Positions 28,027-35,413 of a stretch of 35,413 bases of DNA are shown here, piece after piece (positions within the stretch are counted from its first letter, which is position 1; each line of letters starts with the position of its first letter). The stretch covers positions 6,715 through 42,127 of the forward strand of contig JBBIVV010000018.1 of the NCBI GenBank assembly GCA_037439545.1. Direction: 5' to 3'. The translations under genes were made by a program, and so were the position numbers. The notes beneath the pieces were generated by a model. That model made no database searches and had not been told where the DNA came from. It saw nothing but the letters and a program-made list of their open reading frames with translations. The DNA is from a bacterium (GTDB lineage Bacteria > JAMCPX01).

Positions 28027-29160
28027 TTACTCCAGCAGGTCATGCCATGCTGCTGTATCGGTCAGCATGTCTGCGGCCCATTGATAATAAGGGGTGTTGT
28101 CGATCTGACCCGTGTAAAAACTGCCCAGTTCAATGAATGTATGGAGGTTGCCGTTTGCAAAGAAGCGTTTAAAGCGGCCGGGATGGAGACTATGGATGTT
28201 ATCGGTTACGGAAAGTATGGCATTTTTATAATCACTGCCGCTCATCTGAAGGAATTCACCGCCGAGAATAGCATCTTCATAATAAGAAGAAAAGCCGAAA
28301 TTTACGTTCTGGTCCCTGTCAAGTACCCAGTTGACAAGATAGGCTAAATGCTGGCTGCAGAGCGGGCAGCCAGCGGGTAAAATGTTTCCCATATTCCAGT
28401 TACTCATCCATGTCTGAAGGATCTGGGGCTGCTGCGGATTAAACACCCCGATCCCTGAATCATTGATCACATTGAGTGTAGTGAAAGGGTACTGGGTGCG
28501 TGTGACAAGATAGCCGGCAAAGGTGCCTTCTCCGCCTGCACTGTATCCTGCGACAAGTAGTTTATCGGGGTTTATAAAGTTTTGCTTCATCAGTGTGACG
28601 GCTGCGGAAAGATTTGCGAGACCGTGAAAGTATGTTTCAACGCCGTTATAGTTTACATCATTGTCACCTGACCACAGGCTTCCATCGCAGTATCCGGCAT
28701 AGACTATGCTGTAGTCTTTAAAGGGGTTCAAAGGGTTGGACGTGACAAGCAAGCCGTCAAACAAAACACTGAGCGGCAAGGGGGTATCGCTGGATTTAGC
28801 CATATCGGTAACATAACATGAATTGTAGTCCCAACAGGCGCCGCCGCCTTCAAGGAATAATATAACTTTATTTGGATCTCCCCTGTGGAGGGAAACTATG
28901 AATTGGGTGCCATTAAAGCACCTGGCGGGCGAGGCTGTGTCGTAATAATAAGATTCCCAGCCGTTCTGATAGGTCTCACCCGTCGGCTGGATGCCTATAT
29001 ATTTATCAACACCCATCTGGTTCAGGGAGTTTATGTAGTTCGAGTAATCTATCGTTGTCGTCTTGCCTGAGCTGCAGCCTGATAAATATATTGAAATCAG
29101 TGCAGACAACAATACCATGAATGTCTTGCCAATTGACCGCGTAGAACCGGATATTTTCAT
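28027..29160 (-). CDS. Pectinacetylesterase/Notum-family alpha/beta-hydrolase lipoprotein
   Basis: Lipobox LSG|C29; FLEGGGACW, YCDG, nucleophile elbow GYSAGG, NDSG, C-terminal His (GNLHTF); AAGGAGG SD. Confidence 0.82.
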   Translation of the reverse strand: MKISGSTRSIGKTFMVLLSALISIYLSGCSSGKTTTIDYSNYINSLNQMGVDKYIGIQPTGETYQNGWESYYYDTASPARCFNGTQFIVSLHRGDPNKVILFLEGGGACWDYNSCYVTDMAKSSDTPLPLSVLFDGLLVTSNPLNPFKDYSIVYAGYCDGSLWSGDNDVNYNGVETYFHGLANLSAAVTLMKQNFINPDKLLVAGYSAGGEGTFAGYLVTRTQYPFTTLNVINDSGIGVFNPQQPQILQTWMSNWNMGNILPAGCPLCSQHLAYLVNWVLDRDQNVNFGFSSYYEDAILGGEFLQMSGSDYKNAILSVTDNIHSLHPGRFKRFFANGNLHTFIELGSFYTGQIDNTPYYQWAADMLTDTAAWHDLLE

Positions 29161-29287
29161 ACTGCCTCCTTGAAACGATTTCTATCTTATTTTATATGTA
29201 CCACGTAAGAGAACGGGATCTTCGTAGGGATTTTACCATACATAATAACAGTTGACTATTAAAAAAATCATAGATAAATATAAAAGA

Positions 29288-29677
29288 ATGAAGGGTATGG
29301 GAAAAGGTCTCTCCTCTGTTGAGAATCAGCGCGGCAGTTCCAAAATTTCAGCCGTCCTATGGATAGGCGTTCTTGCAGCCATAATTTATGTAATTGCCAG
29401 AATAGCCCCTGTCTATATCTTAAATTACCAGATACAGAACCTCTTTGAGGTCAATGCAAACCGCATTGAAACGACGCCCATAAAGGACATAAAATCAGAC
29501 ATAACATATAAGTTGCAGGTCATCCATGCGCCGATTACGATTGACGATATCGTTATAAATCAAAACAGTCCGGGGAGTGTAACAATATCAGCCCGGTATT
29601 CGGTGGCGGTGAAATTTGTTGACGATTTTAAAATAACATTTAATCTTAACCCGGAAGCAACGACAGAAGTACAGTAA
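29288..29677 (+). CDS. Small membrane-anchored protein, DUF4845-like
   Basis: NQRG followed by a hydrophobic helix and P.Y..NY.I, ending in a beta hairpin (V.I...Y.V.V.F....F.F). The start is uncertain (ATG 29288 or 29297); the track's TTG at 29252 coincides with a -35-like TTGACT. Confidence 0.7.
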   Translation: MKGMGKGLSSVENQRGSSKISAVLWIGVLAAIIYVIARIAPVYILNYQIQNLFEVNANRIETTPIKDIKSDITYKLQVIHAPITIDDIVINQNSPGSVTISARYSVAVKFVDDFKITFNLNPEATTEVQ

Positions 29678-29717
29678 ACTCCGCTGAGGACTTTGTCCTC
29701 TCAGGGAGTAGTAATAA

Positions 29718-29748
29718 CCTTTAAGTTAATCCTGTGAGGTTAACAAGG
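29718..29748 (+). promoter_or_regulatory. PyrR-binding RNA stem-loop in the pyr operon leader
   Basis: CCTTTAA-GTTAA-TCCTGTGAGG-TTAAC-AAGG matches the ARUCCNGNGAGGYU consensus with the CUUUAA lower stem; immediately upstream of pyrR. Confidence 0.85.
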
Positions 29749-29780
29749 AAGTAAAAATGTTTAATAAAAATATAACACAT

Positions 29781-29822
29781 AAACAAAAACAGTGGCGCTT
29801 ATGGCGCCACTGTTTTTGTTTT
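29781..29822 (+). terminator. Intrinsic terminator/attenuator upstream of pyrR
   Basis: Perfect 18-bp inverted repeat AAACAAAAACAGTGGCGC (29781-29798) / GCGCCACTGTTTTTGTTT (29804-29821), 5-nt loop, T-rich 3' arm. Confidence 0.85.
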
Positions 29823-29832
29823 GAGGCATAGA

Positions 29833-30375
29833 ATGAAAAATATAATCATGGATTCGACTGCAATAGAGCGGGTATTAAAGCGTATTGCCCATGAAATCAT
29901 AGAGAGGCATACGGCCGTACCGATAAGTCTTATAGGGATAAGAACAGGCGGGGTATTCATCTCAAAGAGACTGGCTGGGTATATACAATCGTATGAGCAG
30001 ATCCCGGTGCAAACTGGCACTCTCGATATTACCCTTTACAGGGACGATGTTGCGTTGCGTTCCGGCAGGGCGATTGTAAAGGCCACCGAAGTAAATTTTA
30101 AGGTCGACGGGGCTTCTTTGATACTCGTTGATGATGTGCTCTTTACCGGCAGAACAATCAGGGCAGCGATGGATGCAGTCATGGATCTCGGGAGGCCCGC
30201 GGTGATACAGCTTGCCGTCCTTGTAGACAGGGGGCACAGGGAGTTACCCATAAAAGCAGATTACATAGGCAAAAATGTGCCTACTGCTTTTGATGATGAG
30301 ATAAAAGTCGTGTTTAAAGAAAACGGCAATAATGAGGATAATGTATATTTCATAAAGAAAGGAGACGAAATATGA
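29833..30375 (+). CDS. pyrR: Bifunctional pyr operon attenuation regulator/uracil phosphoribosyltransferase PyrR
   Basis: [64 protein letters not shown] 29833 behind GAGG. Confidence 0.97.
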   Translation: MKNIIMDSTAIERVLKRIAHEIIERHTAVPISLIGIRTGGVFISKRLAGYIQSYEQIPVQTGTLDITLYRDDVALRSGRAIVKATEVNFKVDGASLILVDDVLFTGRTIRAAMDAVMDLGRPAVIQLAVLVDRGHRELPIKADYIGKNVPTAFDDEIKVVFKENGNNEDNVYFIKKGDEI

Positions 30376-31310
30376 GGTCTGAAAAGGGAATTATCGGGTT
30401 AAAGTACCTTGATAAAAAAGATATAGAGCAGCTCGTTGAGACCGCATTCTCCATGAGGGAGATATCCCTGAGAAGTGTAAAAAAGGTGCCGGCACTGAGA
30501 GGAAAAACGGTTGTCAACCTGTTCTTCGAGTCAAGCACACGGACAAAAACGTCCTTTGAAATAGCCGCTAAAAGGCTTTCGGCGGATGTCGTGAATTTTT
30601 CTTATTCATCGAGCAGCATATCAAAAGGAGAGACGACCATCGATACCGCAAAGAATATAGAGTCAATGAACCCGGCGCTTTTTATTATAAGGCATGCTTC
30701 ATCGGGGGTCATGGAACTGCTGGCAAAGCACCTGCATACACCTATTATAAGCGCAGGCGACGGGACAAACGAGCATCCGACCCAGGGCTTGCTCGATATT
30801 ATGACCATCCTTGATGAGAAAAAACGCATTGACGGGCTGAAGGTCGTTGTTGCAGGCGATATTTATCACTCGCGGGTTGCGCGCTCGGACATTTACGGCA
30901 TGGGTAAACTCGGTGCAAAGGTCTGCTTCTTTTCACCCCCGACACTTATTACGGACGATTTTGCAAGTCTTGGAGCGACGATTACCTACGATGCGACGGA
31001 GGCTTTCACCGATGCCGATGTTATTATCATGCTCAGGATACAGCTCGAAAGGCAGGGGACGGGACTTTTCCCGTCAGCAAGGGAATATTCGAGGATTTTC
31101 GGCTTGAACGAACAGAAGTTGAAGCGTGCAAAGCCTGATGTAATCGTTATGCATCCGGGGCCCGTAAACCGCGGACTGGAACTTTCGAGCAGTGTTGCCG
31201 ACAACGGCGCCCATTCGAGAATAATGAAACAGGTCGAAAACGGAGTTTCAGTCAGGATGTCTGCCATATACCACACAATAGGAGAAGGACATGGATATAC
31301 TGATAATTAA
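30372..31310 (+). CDS. pyrB: Aspartate carbamoyltransferase catalytic subunit
   Basis: [46 protein letters not shown]. Confidence 0.98.
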   Translation: MRSEKGIIGLKYLDKKDIEQLVETAFSMREISLRSVKKVPALRGKTVVNLFFESSTRTKTSFEIAAKRLSADVVNFSYSSSSISKGETTIDTAKNIESMNPALFIIRHASSGVMELLAKHLHTPIISAGDGTNEHPTQGLLDIMTILDEKKRIDGLKVVVAGDIYHSRVARSDIYGMGKLGAKVCFFSPPTLITDDFASLGATITYDATEAFTDADVIIMLRIQLERQGTGLFPSAREYSRIFGLNEQKLKRAKPDVIVMHPGPVNRGLELSSSVADNGAHSRIMKQVENGVSVRMSAIYHTIGEGHGYTDN

Positions 31311-32613
31311 CGGATTGTTGATAGATCCGTCTCAGAACATGGAACAGCAGGGCGATCTGCTGATAGAGGACAATACGATAAGCGGAATCGTCGATCAGAA
31401 ATCTTACAGTGTAAATGGCGACAGGGCACGAGTAAAAGGTCACGAGAGCAAAGAGTTTATCGTTATCGATGCAAAGGGCAGGTGGGTCGTGCCCGGACTT
31501 ATAGATATACATACGCATATGAGAGATCCCGGTTATGAATATAAAGAGGACATAGAAACCGGCACAAAGGCGGCAATGGCGGGCGGGTTTACATCGATAT
31601 GCGCGATGCCGAACACGAAACCCATAAACGATAATAAATCTATTACGCAGTACATGATTTCAAAGGCAAAATCGTTCGGCCACGTGCATCTCTTTCCCAT
31701 AGCAGCCGTTTCAAAGGGCAGTGAAGGCTCCGAGTTGTCGGAGATATATGATCTTGTCGATGCAGGTGCTGTTGCAGTATCGGACGATGGGATGCCTGTG
31801 CTTTCTGCAGGATTTTTAAGAAAAGCACTCCTTTATGTTAAGCCTATCGGCATACCCGTGGTGGATCATCCTGAAGAGCTCTCGCTCAGTAAATCGGGAT
31901 ACATGAATGAAGGTATCGCCTCCGTTAAACTCGGATTGAACGGCATACCTCAGACTGCGGAGAGTATTGCCGTTGCACGGGATATAATGCTCGCAGGCGA
32001 GACAGGTTCAAAACTACACCTTGCTCATATAAGTACGACGTTCTCAATCGAGCTTGTACGGTGGGCCAAGAAGATGGGTATACCGGTAACCTGCGAGGCA
32101 ACGCCGCATCACTTCTCGCTTACCGATGATGCTGTTGACGGGTACAATACGAATGCAAAGGTCAATCCGCCCTTGCGATCCGAACAGGACAGGAAGGCAT
32201 TGATCGAGGCCATTGCAGACGGAACGGTAGACTGTATCGTGACCGATCATGCACCGCATGGCTATGATGAAAAAGAAATAGAGTTTGATAAAGCACTGAA
32301 CGGCATATCCGGTATCGAAACATCCCTTGGCCTTTCATTAAAACTCGTCCATAACGGCATCATCGGTAAAAAGAGGCTTATTCAGCTTATGTCGCAGAGA
32401 CCGGCTCAAATCATGAACCTTAAGAATAAAGGCACGTTCAAGGCGGGTTCTGATGCGGATGTCACGATTATCGATCCCGGCAAAACGTGGACCGTCGATA
32501 AAACCAGGTTTGTGTCAAAAGGCAGGAACACGCCTTTCCACGGCATGGAATTAAAAGGCAGGGCGATTATGACTATAACGGGGGGGACACTTCATGGCAA
32601 TATTAGTTCTTGA
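31291..32613 (+). CDS. pyrC: Dihydroorotase
   Basis: PGLID.H.H.R.PG, GGFT....MPNT.P, H.AH.ST, EATPHH, KVNPPLR, TDHAPH, SK..NTPF.G. Confidence 0.97.
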   Translation: MDILIINGLLIDPSQNMEQQGDLLIEDNTISGIVDQKSYSVNGDRARVKGHESKEFIVIDAKGRWVVPGLIDIHTHMRDPGYEYKEDIETGTKAAMAGGFTSICAMPNTKPINDNKSITQYMISKAKSFGHVHLFPIAAVSKGSEGSELSEIYDLVDAGAVAVSDDGMPVLSAGFLRKALLYVKPIGIPVVDHPEELSLSKSGYMNEGIASVKLGLNGIPQTAESIAVARDIMLAGETGSKLHLAHISTTFSIELVRWAKKMGIPVTCEATPHHFSLTDDAVDGYNTNAKVNPPLRSEQDRKALIEAIADGTVDCIVTDHAPHGYDEKEIEFDKALNGISGIETSLGLSLKLVHNGIIGKKRLIQLMSQRPAQIMNLKNKGTFKAGSDADVTIIDPGKTWTVDKTRFVSKGRNTPFHGMELKGRAIMTITGGTLHGNISS

Positions 32614-33712
32614 AGACGGTTCTGTATTCAGGGGGAAATCCTTCGGATACAGGGGGACAACATCAGGCGAGGTTATATTTAATACATCCATGACCGGATA
32701 TCAGGAAGAGCTTACGGACCCGTCCTACTATGGCCAGATACTTGTTTCAACTTACCCCCAGATCGGCAATATCGGCACAAACACCGAGGACTATGAATCC
32801 GGCAGAGCTTATGTCGGCGGGTTTGTTGTCAAAGAGTATCTCGATTATCCGTCAAATTTCAGATCGAAGGAAACACTGGATAGCTTTATGATCAAACAGC
32901 GCATAGTCGGCATGTATGACATCGACACGAGAATGCTTGTCAGGAGTATCAGAATTAAAGGGGCAATGATGGGCATCATGTCTTCTTTTGACGAGAGTGT
33001 CGATGAACTTAAAAAACAATTGCAGATGCAGCCCGTACTTGTCGGCAGGGATATGGTAACAGAAATTACGGCAAAAAAGGCTTATGACTTTAACGAATCT
33101 TTATGGTCAAGCGGGCAGGGGTATCAAGAGCTGAACAACAGGGATAACCCCCGGGTAGCTGTCTATGATTTTGGAGTTAAGAAAAACATTCTGAGGTCCC
33201 TTGTCTCAGCAGGACTCAGGGTAAGGGTGTTCCCCTGTACGGCGCCTGTGAATGAGCTGCTCAAGGATGAATATAAAGGTGTCGTGCTTTCAAACGGTCC
33301 CGGTGATCCGGCGGCACTTTCATACATCATCGGGAACGCAAAAGAACTGATAAAAAGCGATAAACCGGTACTCGGTATATGCCTTGGCCACCAAATACTC
33401 GGACTTGCACTCGGAGGTGAAGCCATAAAGCTCAAGTTTGGACATCATGGGGCAAACCAGTCGGTCCTCAATTTGAAAACACGCGGTATCGAGGTCACTG
33501 TCCAGAACCATGGGTTTGCAATAAAGCCTGAATCGATACAGGACAGCGTAAACATTACGCACCTGAATCTGAATGATAAAACGCTTGAAGGATTCTCTCA
33601 TAAAAGCAAACCGATACTTTCAACGCAGCACCATCCGGAGGCATCACCCGGGCCAAGGGAAGCAGGCTATATATTCAAGGAATTCACAAAATTGGTTTAT
33701 GAAAGAGGTTAA
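32594..33712 (+). CDS. carA: Carbamoyl-phosphate synthase small subunit
   Basis: L.LEDG..F.G, GE..FNT.MTGYQE.LTDPSY, LSNGPGDP, GICLGHQ, KFGHHG.N, QNHGF, HPEASPGP. Confidence 0.98.
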   Translation: MAILVLEDGSVFRGKSFGYRGTTSGEVIFNTSMTGYQEELTDPSYYGQILVSTYPQIGNIGTNTEDYESGRAYVGGFVVKEYLDYPSNFRSKETLDSFMIKQRIVGMYDIDTRMLVRSIRIKGAMMGIMSSFDESVDELKKQLQMQPVLVGRDMVTEITAKKAYDFNESLWSSGQGYQELNNRDNPRVAVYDFGVKKNILRSLVSAGLRVRVFPCTAPVNELLKDEYKGVVLSNGPGDPAALSYIIGNAKELIKSDKPVLGICLGHQILGLALGGEAIKLKFGHHGANQSVLNLKTRGIEVTVQNHGFAIKPESIQDSVNITHLNLNDKTLEGFSHKSKPILSTQHHPEASPGPREAGYIFKEFTKLVYERG

Positions 33713-34343
33713 CACGAAAATCAGGGATAGTTTGTCTGTCCTGTACGCTTATGCATCAGATACCTTGAAACAGGATATGATAGAAGCCCGTACGGAGTTT
33801 GATCGGCTGATCCCTCTCCCACCCATTAATGATACGGAAATGCACAACAGGCTTATAATGTTCAGTCACTGGTTTCTCATGGACAGACAGGCACATCCGG
33901 GGAAAACGCCGGCAGGTTTGTTTTATGAAGACAGACTGTTATCATTCTCTTATGAGGATGAGGAGATCTACCGGGCGCTCAGGATCAGTACTATAGGTAT
34001 ATATGAGGTCACCGGCAGCCAGCAAAAAAAGATAGCTATCGACACGGCGACTGATGAGAGGTTCGGATTTCTCATGGATGACGGCATGGCAATGCAGGCA
34101 AACAAAGAGGTCATGACCATGAGGTTTCTGCGTTTAAAAGACAATGCAGTCCTGCTTGCCTCTTATTGTACGCACCATTACAGCACAAGGGATTTTATAA
34201 GGACTGAACTGAATTCGATAGAACCGTTTGACAGAACGGCTTTTTCGGCAAAAGTGCTCGAGCTCTCCGCATTAAGCATAAAGAGCAGAAAGTATAACTG
34301 GGTAGCACCGATCATGATTTACAAAGGCATGACAAGGTTATAG
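33699..34343 (+). CDS. Hypothetical protein
   Basis: ATG 33699 overlaps the carA end by 14 nt; 214-aa open frame containing F..WFL.DR....GKTP; no family assigned. Confidence 0.75.
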   Translation: MKEVNTKIRDSLSVLYAYASDTLKQDMIEARTEFDRLIPLPPINDTEMHNRLIMFSHWFLMDRQAHPGKTPAGLFYEDRLLSFSYEDEEIYRALRISTIGIYEVTGSQQKKIAIDTATDERFGFLMDDGMAMQANKEVMTMRFLRLKDNAVLLASYCTHHYSTRDFIRTELNSIEPFDRTAFSAKVLELSALSIKSRKYNWVAPIMIYKGMTRL

Positions 34344-34347
34344 AAAG

Positions 34348-35413
34348 ATGCAGAATTTGAGAATTATGAGTTGTGAGTTTAAGGAATCCAAATTACCATA
34401 CAACCGTCATTCCTGCGGAAGCAGAAATCCAGTTTTCATGTCTCTGGGTTCCCGTTGGGATTTATCCCGTATTCTGCGGGACGGGAATGGCAGGAAGGGG
34501 ATTCTCTATTATCCCTCTTACCTTAATCTTTTTCATAACGGTGAACTCAAAAGACGCGCGGAAGAATCAAAAAAATACCTTTCTCCGTGCACGGTATGCC
34601 CGAGAAACTGCCGCACGAACAGGCTTGAGAACCAGAAAGGCATATGCCTTTCCGGCAGGGATGCAAGGGTTTCAAGTTATGGCATCCACAACGGAGAAGA
34701 GCCGCCGATATCCGGTACAAGGGGCTCGGGCACCATATTCTTTACAGGATGCAGTTTGAAGTGCAGGTTCTGTCAGAACTATCCGATAAGCCAGCTCAAC
34801 CATGGCAATGATTATTCTGTTGACCAGCTTGCGGACATGATGCTCGAACTTCAAACGCTCGGTGCTCATAATATTAACCTTGTGACCCCGACCCATGCCG
34901 TGCCTTATATTATTGAGGCTGTTTACAGAGCAGCACAGAGAGGTCTTACCCTGCCCCTTGTTTATAATACCAGCGGATATGATTCCATCGACATGCTCAG
35001 ACTGCTCGATGGCATCATCGACATCTATCTGCCTGATATAAAGTATGCATCCGATGAGCTTGCATTCAGATATTCGGCTGTAAAGGACTATGCGGCTGTC
35101 AACAGAGAGGCGATTATTGAAATGCACAGGCAGGTCGGTGATCTTGCGTTAGACGAAAACGGCATTGCTGTTCACGGCATGATCGTCAGACATCTTATTC
35201 TGCCGGAGGACATCGCCCAGACCTGCGCATCCATGGCATTCATAGCACAGCAGTTGTCCCCGGATGTGTACGTAAGCCTGATGAATCAGTATTTCCCGGC
35301 AAACAGGGCTTACGGTTTTACGGAATTATCGAGACGCATTACTGCTGATGAATACCGGTATGCCATGGATTGCCTCGGAGAAAACGGATTGGAGAACGGA
35401 TGGATACAGGAAT
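34348..35413 (+). CDS. Radical SAM protein, PflX-like (start uncertain, stop beyond the window; not in the ORF track)
   Basis: Hand translation gives YPSYL.L...GEL..R, N-terminal C.VCPRNC..NR.....G.C, H.GEEPPISG.RGSGTIFF, CxxxCxxC (CSLKCRFCQN), NINLVTPTH, VYNTSGY, DIYLPD.KY, VRHL.LP, SLM.QY.P. The frame is open from 34333 to the window end; in-frame ATGs at 34348, 34366 and 34438. Confidence 0.9.
   Translation, partial: MQNLRIMSCEFKESKLPYNRHSCGSRNPVFMSLGSRWDLSRILRDGNGRKGILYYPSYLNLFHNGELKRRAEESKKYLSPCTVCPRNCRTNRLENQKGICLSGRDARVSSYGIHNGEEPPISGTRGSGTIFFTGCSLKCRFCQNYPISQLNHGNDYSVDQLADMMLELQTLGAHNINLVTPTHAVPYIIEAVYRAAQRGLTLPLVYNTSGYDSIDMLRLLDGIIDIYLPDIKYASDELAFRYSAVKDYAAVNREAIIEMHRQVGDLALDENGIAVHGMIVRHLILPEDIAQTCASMAFIAQQLSPDVYVSLMNQYFPANRAYGFTELSRRITADEYRYAMDCLGENGLENGWIQE
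34401..34494. repeat. REP-like palindromic element (GTCATTCC...GGAATGRC type), copy 2
   Basis: Outer arms GTCATTCCTG/CGGGAATGGC, inner arms CAGAAATCCAG/CTGGGTTCCCG, nested hairpin TCCCGTA-TTC-TGCGGGA; homologous to 10472-10539. Confidence 0.75.

Noticed and set aside
34373..35127. Track ORFs 34373..34759 (+) and 34672..35127 (-)
   Set aside because: Both overlap the radical SAM frame, which carries all the conserved motifs and was missed only because it has no stop within the window.
1..35413. CRISPR array, transposase, prophage, defence system, rRNA, rnpB/6S RNA
   Set aside because: No regularly spaced repeats and no such protein motifs; intergenic gaps are too short, or otherwise explained, for these RNAs.

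Overview
A gene-dense stretch of bacterial core chromosome. Gene order and protein families suggest a Desulfobacterota/Myxococcota-like ('Deltaproteobacteria') lineage; this is inferred, not verified. Minus strand, left part: rpsU-dnaG-rpoD-tRNA-Ile2(CAT)-zinc-ribbon protein-ispA-dxs-yebC-ruvC-ruvA-ruvB, very tightly packed. Next is a minus-strand unit accA-gspL-gspM-gspN-S8 subtilase, whose protease carries a Cys-containing MYXO-CTERM-like C-terminal sorting tag. It is followed by a divergent REC-PilZ regulator, an HhH-GPD glycosylase, PBP1A and a secreted hypothetical protein. Plus strand: carD-PIN/TRAM-ispD-ispF-cysS-uvrB, a convergent pectinacetylesterase-family lipoprotein and a DUF4845-like protein. 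Then comes a PyrR-binding leader with terminator ahead of pyrR-pyrB-pyrC-carA-hypothetical-PflX-like radical SAM gene; the last gene runs off the window and is missing from the ORF track. I found no CRISPR, integrase, transposase or phage genes. The most unusual signals are: (i) a partial T2SS platform apparently co-transcribed with accA and translationally coupled to a tagged protease; (ii) a tRNA starting 0 nt after the rpoD stop codon; (iii) a 26-nt-period triplication forming two chained mini-ORFs that lead into the dnaG start; (iv) a REP-like palindromic element read in frame at the N-terminus of the radical SAM gene, with a second copy 24 kb away; (v) a probable leaderless accA mRNA. All family calls come from motif recognition only, without database searches.
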